Below, piece after piece: positions 42,037 to 51,634 of a stretch of DNA of 64,000 nt. The DNA is from Deltaproteobacteria bacterium CSP1-8 (GTDB taxonomy: Bacteria; Desulfobacterota; Deferrimicrobia; Deferrimicrobiales; Deferrimicrobiaceae). The stretch spans positions 25,865 through 89,864 of the forward strand of contig LDXO01000002.1 in NCBI GenBank assembly GCA_001443455.1, written 5' to 3'. The position numbers and the translations under genes were made by a program. Each line of letters starts with the position of its first letter. Positions within the stretch are counted from its first letter, which is position 1. The notes beneath the pieces were generated by a model. It worked only from the letters and a program-made list of their open reading frames with translations. It had not been told where the DNA came from and did no database searches.

Positions 42037-43154
42037 CCCCTCATCCCCCGATGGTGTTCGTTGTCCAGTCGTTCGACGAATGCCTCGAGGCGGGTTCGCC
42101 ATCCACCCTCGGCGAAATCCCGCTCGTCCGCCATGTCCCCGTCCATCAAGATGCACGGGATCCCCTCGGATTTCAAGCGCGCCGCAATCTCCTCCTGCCC
42201 GAACGAGTAGGGCTTGCAGCGGTGGCCAAGCCCCATGTTGAGCCAGACTCGCGCATACGCATCCGCCAATCCTTCGCTGACATCGGGAGATTCCCCGGCC
42301 CGCTCAGTCCAGGCATTCGTGTAGGTAGCGCCGACGAGCGCCGTCCCGTGGTCCGCAAGAAAATCGGAGACGGGTCGGAGCTGGTGCCACACAGGGAGGT
42401 TATCCCACAACAGACGGGTCTTTTCCCCTTCGACGGCCCCCTCCCCCCGTCTCACCCGTTCCCGGATCTCGTGCGTGAGCCCCCGATAGAACTCCACGGC
42501 CTCCCGTGTTCCCCGCATCGTCACGATCGGCCCCATCAGGAGAAACTGGTCCACGGCAGTGGTCGGTGCCGGCCGGGTCGAGTTCGCTTCGATGCACTCC
42601 TGCCACAGAACGGACGCCTCCCGGGACAGGTCAACCGATTCCCGGAAGCGCTCCTCGCTCCACATCCTCCCCGTCAACCGGGCGAGTTCCCCGGGAAGGT
42701 TTCGGAACTGGTCGCGCACATACTCCCGGGCGGCGGGCTCCTCCTCCGCATGCCGGAAAGGCAAGTCCAGAAGCAACAGGGGGACCCGGTAGAATCGGGA
42801 AAGGCCCTCGTACCACTTGACGACGGTCCGGCAGATGTTGTTCGCGCACAAGAGAAAATCCGGGTTCGGAAGCCCTCCGATGGGACTCTCCGAGGGCCGC
42901 GTCCTCGCTCCCCAGTCGATTTTCCAGTAGGAGCACAGATCCCGGGAGTACCCTCTCTCCTCGGCGGCCTGGCACAGGCGCCCGCCCGCCCGGGCCACTC
43001 CGCAGACGGCCCCGTGGTTTTCGGGGTAGACGGGAACAACGTCCATGGCGTGCAGAAACTCCACGGGTGCGCCGCTCGTGACAAATGCGACCTTTCGCCC
43101 CTCCTCGCGGGCGAGCCACCCGGCCTGGAAATGACGCAGCATCAGTTCCTTCAT
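42033..43154 (-). CDS. 2-hydroxyacyl-CoA dehydratase / BcrC-BadD-HgdB family protein (subunit 2)
   Basis: 'KVAFVTSGAPVEFLHAMDVVPVYPENHGAVCG...RDLCSYWK...LLCANNICRTVVKWYE' matches the family pattern. 373 aa from an internal Met. Confidence 0.8.
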   Translation of the reverse strand: MKELMLRHFQAGWLAREEGRKVAFVTSGAPVEFLHAMDVVPVYPENHGAVCGVARAGGRLCQAAEERGYSRDLCSYWKIDWGARTRPSESPIGGLPNPDFLLCANNICRTVVKWYEGLSRFYRVPLLLLDLPFRHAEEEPAAREYVRDQFRNLPGELARLTGRMWSEERFRESVDLSREASVLWQECIEANSTRPAPTTAVDQFLLMGPIVTMRGTREAVEFYRGLTHEIRERVRRGEGAVEGEKTRLLWDNLPVWHQLRPVSDFLADHGTALVGATYTNAWTERAGESPDVSEGLADAYARVWLNMGLGHRCKPYSFGQEEIAARLKSEGIPCILMDGDMADERDFAEGGWRTRLEAFVERLDNEHHRGMRG

Positions 43155-43192
43155 CCCCGCGGCCGCTTCGAGGCGTTTCGGCCTGGTCAACC

Positions 43193-44314
43193 CTACTCTC
43201 CCATCTCGACGAATGCTTCGATGCGCACCCTGGCCGATGCCCTCTCTTCCGCATGGAGGTCGATGTCCAGGCAGAGAAACGGTATCCCCCTCCCCCGGCA
43301 TTCGTCGGCCATGTCGGGGACGTCCCCGGATTCGGGTTCGCACTGGCGAACGCGGAGCATCAGGAGCCTGTCGGCGCCGGACCAAGCGAACCTCTCGATG
43401 AGTCGTTCGATGCGTGTCCGCCCGGACTCGTGCAGGGTCGAGCACGGATCCCTCCGAAGGTGCCTGCGGACGAGAGACAACGACATGTCTCCCGACTCGT
43501 CCGCCGAACCGGAATAGTGCCTGTTTCCGAGGGCCAGGTCGTTCCCCACGATCGCGGCCCCTGCCGCGTCCAGCGCCTCCATTACCGGACCGGTCGCCAA
43601 CATGCCGGTAAGAAAAACCTTCGCCCGCGTTGGTCCGGGGACCTCGCGCGACCGGGAAAGCGCTTTTTTTAGGATTTCCGTGTGTCCCTCCCTGGGGAGC
43701 ACCATTCCCGCCCTTGCGTACGCCCATAATTCCGTCCCGGTGAAAGATCCCGGGGTTTCCGCCATCCTTTCCTCGAGAAGGGCGAAGACCTTCCGGTTCT
43801 CGTTGTACACCCGGACCGACCGTTCCAGCGCTCCCTCCGACACCTCCCTTCCGGAAACCGTTCCCGCCCACTCGCGGAAGGCCTCGACCCGGTCGAGCAT
43901 GTACTCCGGCGCGCCGGGAGCGTCCGCGGAAGCGGGAAAGACGAAGGGAAACCTGGGCCGGTCGTCGTTCGGAGGAAAAAGCACCTCGAAGGCGTTCTGG
44001 ATGGTGTCACATGTCGACGGGAAGACCCATGCATCGATTTCCTCCCACTTGCCGGACCGGATGGCGGAGACGATGCCGCCCGCAACGGAACACACGAAGG
44101 GGGGGACGCCCCCCGAGGACGCGGGGGAGAACTCGTTTCCCCAGATCGTGACCGGAAGCATCCCCGCGGCGTGGAGAATCTCTTCGGGAACGTAGATCGG
44201 GATGCACCCCGCCGCCTTGCGGCCCGAAACCGATTTCCAGCGGGATACCGCGCCTGCCGGGTTCCGGCAGACCTCCAGGGCGAACCGGAAGGGCCGCTCC
44301 TCCCCGGAAGGCAT
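43193..44314 (-). CDS. 2-hydroxyacyl-CoA dehydratase / BcrC-BadD-HgdB family protein (subunit 1)
   Basis: 'AAGCIPIYVPEEILHAAGMLPVTIWG...FVCSVAGG...FPSTCDTIQNAFE'. 373 aa. Confidence 0.8.
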   Translation of the reverse strand: MPSGEERPFRFALEVCRNPAGAVSRWKSVSGRKAAGCIPIYVPEEILHAAGMLPVTIWGNEFSPASSGGVPPFVCSVAGGIVSAIRSGKWEEIDAWVFPSTCDTIQNAFEVLFPPNDDRPRFPFVFPASADAPGAPEYMLDRVEAFREWAGTVSGREVSEGALERSVRVYNENRKVFALLEERMAETPGSFTGTELWAYARAGMVLPREGHTEILKKALSRSREVPGPTRAKVFLTGMLATGPVMEALDAAGAAIVGNDLALGNRHYSGSADESGDMSLSLVRRHLRRDPCSTLHESGRTRIERLIERFAWSGADRLLMLRVRQCEPESGDVPDMADECRGRGIPFLCLDIDLHAEERASARVRIEAFVEMGE

Positions 44315-44356
44315 CCGTTATGCCCGAGAGGAAAGCATTTCCCGGGAAACGTCCAC

Positions 44357-44650
44357 CTCGTGCAGCGTCTCGCAAATAGGCTGACGCACCGATCCGCCAC
44401 CGGGATAGCCCGGGACATGCGGCCATTCCGCGCACGGGCTCGCGGGGGGCTTCCTCTCCGCTACGCTCGCGACCTTGCGCCCGCTCGCTGCCGGTTCCGC
44501 TCGCCGGGGACATTCCTGATTCATCTCCGGGATGCGGGAGAGGAGTGTCCCCGCCCATTCGCTCCACAGGCCGCTGCGAGGAACCCCCCGCACCGCCCTG
44601 GGCACGGAGACGGACTCGAAGGTCAACGAATTTGCGAGGCGCTGCACTAG
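44357..44650. repeat. MITE-like element with 22-bp terminal inverted repeats (copy B)
   Basis: Left end is CTCGTGCAGCGTCTCGCAAATA. The right end, reverse-complemented, is CTAGTGCAGCGCCTCGCAAATT (19/22 match). There is no ORF inside, and the interior shares a core with 27546-27665. Confidence 0.65.
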
Positions 44651-45303
44651 TTCCCCTGGTAGAGGATCGCGAGGATCAGGGCCTCCCTCTCCTCGGTGGA
44701 GTGGACGTGATGAGGGATGCTCGAGTTGTAGTAGATGCAGTCCCCCTCGGAAAGCACATCCGAGTATTTGTCGAGGAATACCTCCACTTTCCCCGAGAGA
44801 ACGAAGAGGAACTCCTCCCCCTCGTGCGAGTTGCGGACCACGTTCCTGTCGAGGAGCGGCTGAAGGCGCACGAGGAAGGGCTCCATTTTCCTCCCCGCCT
44901 TCCCGGCTCCGAGCGCCTCGTACGTGTAGGCCGACTTCCCTCCCTCCTTCAGGCCCACACGGGAAACGGTCGTCCGGTCTTCCTTCCGCACGATCGAGAA
45001 CTCCCGTTCCTCCTTCCCCCCGATGAACGCCGAGACCGAAGTGTCGAACGCGTTGGCGATCTTCACGAGGGTCCCCAGGGGGGGCGACACCATCCGGTTC
45101 TCGATCTGGGAGAGCAGGGCCGCGGAGAAGCCGGTCTTCTCGGCGAGCTGCTGAAGAGTGATCCCCCGGGCCTCCCGGAATTGCCGGACGTGGTCCCCGA
45201 CCTGCACCTCGGGGTCCCCCGCGGCGGGACCGAAGTCGCCGGACTCCTCGGCGATCTTGGACAACAGGTCGTCCATGGACTCGTCACGGGTGAATTCTGG
45301 CAA
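44647..45303 (-). CDS. XRE-family HTH + cupin transcriptional regulator
   Basis: 'VRQFREARGITLQQLAEKTGFSAALLSQIEN' HTH and C-terminal cupin 'HEGEEFLFVLSGKVEV...GDCIYYNSSIPH'. An alternative start at 45276 would remove the overlap with the upstream gene. Confidence 0.85.
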   Translation of the reverse strand: MPEFTRDESMDDLLSKIAEESGDFGPAAGDPEVQVGDHVRQFREARGITLQQLAEKTGFSAALLSQIENRMVSPPLGTLVKIANAFDTSVSAFIGGKEEREFSIVRKEDRTTVSRVGLKEGGKSAYTYEALGAGKAGRKMEPFLVRLQPLLDRNVVRNSHEGEEFLFVLSGKVEVFLDKYSDVLSEGDCIYYNSSIPHHVHSTEEREALILAILYQGN

Positions 45304-45835
45304 AGGATTCCCCCTCCTTCAGGGCGTTGACGTTGAGCGGGATGAATCTCTCGTACTTTTTCGACACGACTTTCGGGAGGCAATCGAGAAGGGTCTGCAT
45401 CCTCACCACCCCCGTCACGGCGACGTACGCGCCCAGCGCCACCATCGAGGCGAGCTGCTGGCTTCCCACCTTCTCGCGGGCGATGTCGTTCGCGGGGATC
45501 GACAGCAGGTTCAGGTCCTTCCGGGTAACCTTCTCGGGATCGACGAGCGACCTGTTGATGATCAGGTCCCCTCCCTTCTGCACGTGGGGGAGATATTTTT
45601 CGAGGGAGGGACCGTTCATGATGACGCACGATTTCGGGGTTCCCACGACCGGCGAGCCGATCTCCTCGTCCGAGATGACGACCGTGCAGTTCGCCGTTCC
45701 CCCCCGCATCTCCACGCCGTACGCGGGGAAGTAGGTGACGTTTCTCCCCTCGTCCATCGCGGCGAGGGAGAGGAGATTTCCGATCATCAGGATCCCCTGC
45801 CCCCCGAACCCGGCCATGATGACGTCTGTGTTCAT
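45284..45835 (-). CDS. 2-oxoacid:ferredoxin oxidoreductase, gamma subunit
   Basis: '[18 protein letters not shown]...[15 protein letters not shown]'. Confidence 0.88.
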   Translation of the reverse strand: MNTDVIMAGFGGQGILMIGNLLSLAAMDEGRNVTYFPAYGVEMRGGTANCTVVISDEEIGSPVVGTPKSCVIMNGPSLEKYLPHVQKGGDLIINRSLVDPEKVTRKDLNLLSIPANDIAREKVGSQQLASMVALGAYVAVTGVVRMQTLLDCLPKVVSKKYERFIPLNVNALKEGESFARIHP

Positions 45836-46611
45836 ACGAAGTCCGCCTGCCTGCGCTCCTTGTACACGCCCAAGGGGAAATACTCGGACATCTCGCCGAG
45901 CACGCGCTGCTGCGCATCGAGCGGCTTCATCCCCCAGTTGGTCGGGCACGTGGACAGGAACTCGACGACGGAGAAGCCCATCTCCCGGATCTGCATCTCG
46001 AACGCCTTCCTGACCGCCTCCTTCGCCTTCCGGATCTGGCCGGGGGTAGAGGTCGCGACGCGGGCGGAGTACGCCGTCCCCTCGAGGGTCGCGAGAAGCT
46101 CCGCCATCTTGATGGGGTACCCGTCGTTGCGGAACTCCCTCCCGTACGGGGAGGTCGACGTCTTCTGGCCGAGCATCGTGGTCGGCGCCATCTGCCCTCC
46201 CGTCATCCCGTACGTCGTGTTGTTGATGAAGAGGACGGTAATGTTCTCTCCCCGGTTCGCCGCGTGGATGATCTCGGACGTCCCGATGGCGGCAAGGTCG
46301 CCGTCCCCCTGGTAGGTGAAGACGAACTTGTCCGGCTGTGCGCGCTTGACCCCCGTCGCCACCGCCGGCGCCCGTCCGTGGGGCGCCTCGGCGACGTCCA
46401 CATCGATGTAGTCGTACAAAAACACCGAGCATCCCACGCAGGCGACCCCGATCGTCTTCTCGCGAATCCCGAAATGATCGATCGATTCCGCGAGAATCCG
46501 GTGCGCGATCCCGTGGTGGCATCCGGGGCAGAAATGGGTACGGACGTCGACGAGGCTTTTTGGCCTCGAAAACACTTCTCTCGTGAACTTTTTCCTGGCC
46601 TCGCCCTTCAT
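45832..46611 (-). CDS. 2-oxoacid:ferredoxin oxidoreductase, beta (TPP-binding) subunit
   Basis: '[12 protein letters not shown]', '[39 protein letters not shown]'. Confidence 0.9.
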   Translation of the reverse strand: MKGEARKKFTREVFSRPKSLVDVRTHFCPGCHHGIAHRILAESIDHFGIREKTIGVACVGCSVFLYDYIDVDVAEAPHGRAPAVATGVKRAQPDKFVFTYQGDGDLAAIGTSEIIHAANRGENITVLFINNTTYGMTGGQMAPTTMLGQKTSTSPYGREFRNDGYPIKMAELLATLEGTAYSARVATSTPGQIRKAKEAVRKAFEMQIREMGFSVVEFLSTCPTNWGMKPLDAQQRVLGEMSEYFPLGVYKERRQADFV

Positions 46612-47705
46612 CGCGCGTTCCCCGCTTTCACGCCGATCTCCCCGGCCAGGCGCCGGATCTCCTGGTGGATCTCCTCGGGCGTGGGCATGGCGCACGGCTT
46701 CCCCAGGAACCGGATCTTGTCGTGGTGCCGCGTGCTCATCCGGACGTCCTCGAGCATCTGTCCCGTGTTCATCTCGATCACGAGAACGACGTCCGCCCCG
46801 GCGGCCGCCTCGTCCACCTCCCGTGACGGGAAGGGGAACAGGGAGATCGGGCGGAGCATCCCCACCGGGAGCCCCTCTTTTCTCGCCCACTGGATCGCCG
46901 TCTTGCTCACCCGCGCGGCGGTCCCGAAGGCGACGATCACGATTCCCGCCCCGTCCATGCGGTACGGCTCGAAGCGGACTTCCTCTTCCTGCATCTGCCT
47001 GTATTTCCGATGAAGTTTCCAGTTATGAACCTCGATCTCGTTATCCTTAAGATAGAGCGATTTCACGTTTTGCCGGGGACGTCCCGCACACCCGGTCAGG
47101 GCCCACGGTTTCTCCTGCGGGACCGTGGGGACGTACGGGGTGGGGACGAAGGGCTCCTTCATCTGCCCGATGATGGCGTCGCCGAGGATCAGGGCCGGGT
47201 TCCGGTACTTGTCCGCCAGGTCGAATGCGAGCATGGTCAATGAGTACATCTCCTGCACGGAGTGCGGCGCGAGCACCGGCATCCGGTACCCGCCGTGCCC
47301 CCCGCACTTGACCGCCTGGAAGTAGTCCCCCTGGGACGGGGCGATGCCGCCGAGCCCCGGCCCCGAGCGGGATATGTTGACGATCACGGCGGGGAGTTCC
47401 GAACCGGCCATGTAGGAGAGGCCTTCCTGCATCAGCGAGATCCCCGGACCGGACGAGGAGGTCATGACCCGCATCCCGGATGCCGATGTACCGAGGAGGA
47501 AATTGATCGTGGCGACCTCGCTCTCCGCCTGGAGGAACATCCCTCCGATGGGGGGCAGGTGGGCGGACATGTACTCCGGGATATCGTTCTGGGGAGTGAT
47601 CGGGTACCCGTAGTAGAAACGGCACCCCGCGGCGATTGCGCCGACGCAGATCGCCTCGTTTCCCTTCATCAGCTCCCGGCGGATTTCGGCGGAGGCGAGA
47701 GTCAT
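46608..47705 (-). CDS. 2-oxoacid:ferredoxin oxidoreductase, alpha subunit
   Basis: '[27 protein letters not shown]', '[30 protein letters not shown]'. Confidence 0.9.
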   Translation of the reverse strand: MTLASAEIRRELMKGNEAICVGAIAAGCRFYYGYPITPQNDIPEYMSAHLPPIGGMFLQAESEVATINFLLGTSASGMRVMTSSSGPGISLMQEGLSYMAGSELPAVIVNISRSGPGLGGIAPSQGDYFQAVKCGGHGGYRMPVLAPHSVQEMYSLTMLAFDLADKYRNPALILGDAIIGQMKEPFVPTPYVPTVPQEKPWALTGCAGRPRQNVKSLYLKDNEIEVHNWKLHRKYRQMQEEEVRFEPYRMDGAGIVIVAFGTAARVSKTAIQWARKEGLPVGMLRPISLFPFPSREVDEAAAGADVVLVIEMNTGQMLEDVRMSTRHHDKIRFLGKPCAMPTPEEIHQEIRRLAGEIGVKAGNAR

Positions 47706-47929
47706 CGCCACACCCGGATGCAGACGTCGGGGCAGAACTCGGCGCATATCGCGCAACCCGTGCAGTCGCCGGGGCGCGCGAAGACCGCGGCGGCGTACCC
47801 TTGCCGGTTGATCCCCTTCCCCATCTCGATACAGGTTTTCGGGCAGGCCGGGACGCACAGTTCGCACGCCTTGCACCGCTCGAAGTCGATTTCGATCCTG
47901 CCCGTGGCCTGTGCGGCGGTTCCTTTCAT
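47702..47929 (-). CDS. 2-oxoacid:ferredoxin oxidoreductase, delta subunit (2x[4Fe-4S] ferredoxin)
   Basis: 'CKACELCVPACP' and 'CTGCAICAEFCP' in 75 aa. Confidence 0.88.
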   Translation of the reverse strand: MKGTAAQATGRIEIDFERCKACELCVPACPKTCIEMGKGINRQGYAAAVFARPGDCTGCAICAEFCPDVCIRVWR

Positions 47930-47945
47930 GATAGCCCGCGTGACC

Positions 47946-48902
47946 TCAGTCGTATTTCGGCTTGAACTCGAAATAGTGCGTGGTTTCGATGTACCGGACC
48001 GTCCTGGACCTGGAACGCATGACGACGGAATTGGTGTGCGCTCCCCCGCTGAAGAACCGGACCCCTTTCAGGAAGTCCCCGAAGGTGACGCCGGTCGCCG
48101 CGAACATGACATCGCTTCGGGCGAGGTCCTCCAGCCGGTACACCTTGTTGACGTCGTCCACCCCCATGGCCTTGGCGCGTTCGGCCTCCTCCTTGTTCCG
48201 GAACTTGAGGATTCCCTGGAAATCGCCCCCCAGGCATTTGAGCGCTGCGGCGGCCAGGACCCCTTCCGGGGCTCCTCCGGTCCCCATCAGGACATCGACG
48301 CCGGTCTCCTCTTTCGCGGTCGCGATGGCGCCCGCCACGTCCCCGTCGCCGATCAGCTTGATTCGCGCCCCCACGGACCGGCACTCCCGGATCAGTTCCT
48401 GGTGCCTCGGACGGTCGAGAATGACGACGCACAGGTCCTCGATGTACACCTTCAGGGCCTTCGCGATGGAGCGCAGATTCTCCGTCGGGGTGGCGGTGAT
48501 GTCGATCGCCCCCTTTGCCCTGGGGCCGACCGCCAGTTTCTGCATATAGGTGTCGGGTGCGTGAAGGAATCCCCCCTCGTCCGCGATCGCGACGACCGCG
48601 AGCGCGTTGTTTCCTCCCGTGGCGACGATGGTCGTCCCCTCGAGGGGGTCGACGGCGATGTCAACGCGCGGGGTGTCGGACGCACCGACTTCCTCCCCGA
48701 TGAAAAGCATCGGGGCCTCGTCCCGTTCCCCCTCTCCGATCACGACCCGCCCTTTGAACTGGACGGCGTTGAAGGCGCTGCGCATCGCCTGGACGGCTGC
48801 CTGGTCCGCGGCCACGTTGTCACCGCGCCCCATCAGTCTCGCCGCCGCAAGAGCGGCCGCCTCGGTCACACGGACCACCTCAAGTGCCAGGTTTCGTTCC
48901 AC
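47946..48902 (-). CDS. glpX: class II fructose-1,6-bisphosphatase
   Basis: GTG start after GGGGGGAGA. 'RVTEAAALAAARLMGRGD', 'GEGERDEAPMLFIGEEVG', 'VDPLEGTT' parallel E. coli GlpX. Confidence 0.9.
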   Translation of the reverse strand: MERNLALEVVRVTEAAALAAARLMGRGDNVAADQAAVQAMRSAFNAVQFKGRVVIGEGERDEAPMLFIGEEVGASDTPRVDIAVDPLEGTTIVATGGNNALAVVAIADEGGFLHAPDTYMQKLAVGPRAKGAIDITATPTENLRSIAKALKVYIEDLCVVILDRPRHQELIRECRSVGARIKLIGDGDVAGAIATAKEETGVDVLMGTGGAPEGVLAAAALKCLGGDFQGILKFRNKEEAERAKAMGVDDVNKVYRLEDLARSDVMFAATGVTFGDFLKGVRFFSGGAHTNSVVMRSRSRTVRYIETTHYFEFKPKYD

Positions 48903-49323
48903 GTCTCCCCCCTTTCGAGGATAATGGTTGCATAAGTCCCGTCTTCGCGAGAAAGGCCTCGGGGACGCGGACGACCTTCCCGTCGGCGTCGGTGAACGCG
49001 TGAACGGTGGACCCATCGGTCAACAGGGTCCCGTCTTCCCTCTCGATCCGGTATCCGAATGCGATGCTCGCCCGTTTGCATCCCCGTATTTCGGCGTGAA
49101 TCGCGAGGAGGTCGTCGTAGCGCGCCGGCGAAAGGTATCGGACGGCTGCTTCCGTGACCGGGAGGTGAACCCCGATCCCGGTCAGTTCCCGGTACGCCAT
49201 CCCCAGCTTCCTCATGAGCTCGACACGCCCCGCTTCGAACCACTTGAGGTAGTTGGCGTAGTAGACGATCCCCATGGCGTCGGTGTCCGCGAAAAGCACC
49301 CGGACCGTGGCGACCCTCTCCAT
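48880..49323 (-). CDS. acyl-CoA thioesterase, 4HBT/YbgC-like hotdog fold
   Basis: 'VRVLFADTDAMGIVYYANYLKWFEAGRVELMR'. Confidence 0.8.
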   Translation of the reverse strand: MERVATVRVLFADTDAMGIVYYANYLKWFEAGRVELMRKLGMAYRELTGIGVHLPVTEAAVRYLSPARYDDLLAIHAEIRGCKRASIAFGYRIEREDGTLLTDGSTVHAFTDADGKVVRVPEAFLAKTGLMQPLSSKGGRRGTKPGT

Positions 49324-49327
49324 CGCC

Positions 49328-50545
49328 TTACGCGTCTTTTCCCGCGAGGAGGAACCCGATGAGGCGCGTCCCGGCGTCCAGGAACTGTCCCGTCGCTCTC
49401 GCGTCCGCCTCGGTGTACCTTTTCCCCGGAAAGGACGAAAGTCCGGGGGGGGCGGGGTAAAAGACGAAGGGAACCGGCTCCTGCGAGTGGGTCCGGATGG
49501 CGACCGGGGTCGGATGGTCGGGCAACACCAAAACGTTCAGGTCGCCTCCGTTTCTGGCCCGGTCGAGGATGGGCGCCACCATCTCCTCGTCGATCCGCTC
49601 GATGGTCCGGACCTTGTCCGGGGCGCTACCGTTGTGACCCGCTTCATCGGGAGCCTCCACGTGGATCAGGACGAAGTCCTTGCTTTCCAGTTCCCGGAGT
49701 GCGTACTCGGCCTTTCCCCGGAAGTTCGTATCGATATACCCCGTGGCGCCGGGGACGGTTACCACCTCCAGCCCCGCGTACACGCCGATCCCCCGGACGA
49801 GGTCGACCGCCGCCACTACCGATCCCCGGAGACCGTATTTCTCCGGAAACGTCTCCATCCGGGGTGCTTTTCCCTGGCCCCACAGCCAGATGGAGTTCCC
49901 CTGAGGCTTGCCCGCCTCGACTCTTTTCCGGTTTACGGGATGGTCGGAAAAGATCTCCCGCGAAATGGCCATGAGCTCCAGGAGGAGTTCCGCGCCTTCC
50001 CCCTTGGGCAGGTATTCGGTGATGTTCTTCCCGTGGATATCGTGGGGCGGCGTCGTCTCGACCGCGTCGTTGCCGCCGGGCCAGACCATGAGGTGCCGGT
50101 AGCTTACCCCCGGGTAGAAGCGCACGCTCCTGTCTGCGATCCTCGCCTGGAGTGCGCGCAGAAGTTCGGCGGCTTCCCCCGTGCTGATGTGCCCCGCGGA
50201 GTAATCCTCCATCTCGGATTTCGCCCCGTGATTCTTCAGCGAGACCACGTTGCACCGCACGGCCACGTCGTTTTCCCGAAGCTCCACCCCCATGGAGGCG
50301 GCCTCCAGGGGGGAACGCCCCGTGTACACCTCCCGCGGGTCGTACCCGATGATGCTCAGGTTCGACACGTCGCTTCCCGGATACATGTCTTCCGGGACCA
50401 CCTGGACCATGCCCAACGCCCCCCGGGAGGCCATGAAGTCCATGTGGGGTTTGTTTGCCGCCTCCAGGGGGGTTCGGTCACCGAGAGAGGGGATCGGCCA
50501 GTCGGCCATCCCGTCCCCGATGAGAATGATGTATTTCCTCCCCAC
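49328..50545 (-). CDS. ApgM-family (archaeal-type cofactor-independent phosphoglycerate mutase-like) protein; candidate non-canonical homoserine kinase
   Basis: 'YIILIGDGMADWPIPSLGDRTPLEAANKPHMD', 'SDVSNLSIIGYDP', 'VLIHVEAPDEAGHNG'. It sits directly downstream of hom-thrC. Confidence 0.85.
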   Translation of the reverse strand: MGRKYIILIGDGMADWPIPSLGDRTPLEAANKPHMDFMASRGALGMVQVVPEDMYPGSDVSNLSIIGYDPREVYTGRSPLEAASMGVELRENDVAVRCNVVSLKNHGAKSEMEDYSAGHISTGEAAELLRALQARIADRSVRFYPGVSYRHLMVWPGGNDAVETTPPHDIHGKNITEYLPKGEGAELLLELMAISREIFSDHPVNRKRVEAGKPQGNSIWLWGQGKAPRMETFPEKYGLRGSVVAAVDLVRGIGVYAGLEVVTVPGATGYIDTNFRGKAEYALRELESKDFVLIHVEAPDEAGHNGSAPDKVRTIERIDEEMVAPILDRARNGGDLNVLVLPDHPTPVAIRTHSQEPVPFVFYPAPPGLSSFPGKRYTEADARATGQFLDAGTRLIGFLLAGKDA

Positions 50546-50557
50546 GTTGCCTCCCCT

Positions 50558-51613
50558 TCAGAAACCGAGAACCTTCAGGACCTCCCCCATGTCCGCCGGG
50601 ATGGTGATGGGCTCCACGGACTGCGCGATCGCGTTGTCCGGGTCCTTCAGGCCGTGCCCGGTAAGGGTGCAGACGATCCGCTCCCCCTTGCGGAAAAACG
50701 ACTCCTTGCTCAATGTTATCACGCCGGCAATCGACGCCGCCGACGCGGGTTCGCAGAATATCCCCTCGGATTCGGCCACGAGCTTGTACGCCTCGAGGAT
50801 CTCCCCGTCGCTGACCATGCGGATCAGGCCCCCCGACTCGTCGCGCGCCGCCTCGGCCTGCTTCCAGGAAGCGGGGTTCCCGATCCGGATCGCGGTCGCG
50901 ACCGTCTCGGGCTTCCGTACCGGGCGCCCCCGCACGATGGGAGCGGCCCCCTCGGCCTGCCACCCGAGCATCCTCGGGAGGCGTTTCGATCGGCCGGCCG
51001 CCTGGTATGCCCGGTAGCCGGCCCAGTACGCCGTGATGTTTCCCGCGTTGCCGACGGGGAGAACGTGGCAGTCCGGCGCGTCGCCCAGGGTGTCGCAGAT
51101 CTCGAATGCCGCGGTCTTCTGCCCCTCGATGCGGTACGGATTGAGCGAGTTGACCAGCGTCACCGGATGCTTCTCCGAGATCTCCCGGACGAGCGCCAGC
51201 GCGTCGTCGAAGTTTCCCAGGACCTGAATCACCTGGGCGCCGTGGATCATCGCCTGGGAAAGTTTGCCGAGGGCGATCTTCCCCTCCGGGATGAGGACAT
51301 ACGCCTTCATCCCCGCCCTCGCCGCATAGGCCGCCGCCGACGCGGAGGTGTTTCCGGTGGATGCGCAGATCACGGAGTCCGCCCATTTGGCCTTCGCCAT
51401 CGACACCGCCATCGTCATCCCGCGGTCCTTGAACGACCCGGTCGGGTTCAATCCCTCGTATTTTAAGTAGATCTCCGTTCCCGGGGCGATGGAACGGGCA
51501 AGGTTCGGGGCGGGGACGAGCGGAGTGTCCCCCTCGAGAAGGGTCACCACGCACTCGTCGGGTACGGACGGCAGAAGATCGCGGTACCGGCGGATGATTC
51601 CTTCCCTGCGCAT
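50558..51613 (-). CDS. thrC: threonine synthase
   Basis: 'LKYEGLNPTGSFKDRGMT' PLP-lysine motif. 351 aa. Confidence 0.93.
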   Translation of the reverse strand: MRREGIIRRYRDLLPSVPDECVVTLLEGDTPLVPAPNLARSIAPGTEIYLKYEGLNPTGSFKDRGMTMAVSMAKAKWADSVICASTGNTSASAAAYAARAGMKAYVLIPEGKIALGKLSQAMIHGAQVIQVLGNFDDALALVREISEKHPVTLVNSLNPYRIEGQKTAAFEICDTLGDAPDCHVLPVGNAGNITAYWAGYRAYQAAGRSKRLPRMLGWQAEGAAPIVRGRPVRKPETVATAIRIGNPASWKQAEAARDESGGLIRMVSDGEILEAYKLVAESEGIFCEPASAASIAGVITLSKESFFRKGERIVCTLTGHGLKDPDNAIAQSVEPITIPADMGEVLKVLGF

Positions 51614-51634
51614 CGGACGGCTTCCTTCCGCGGA

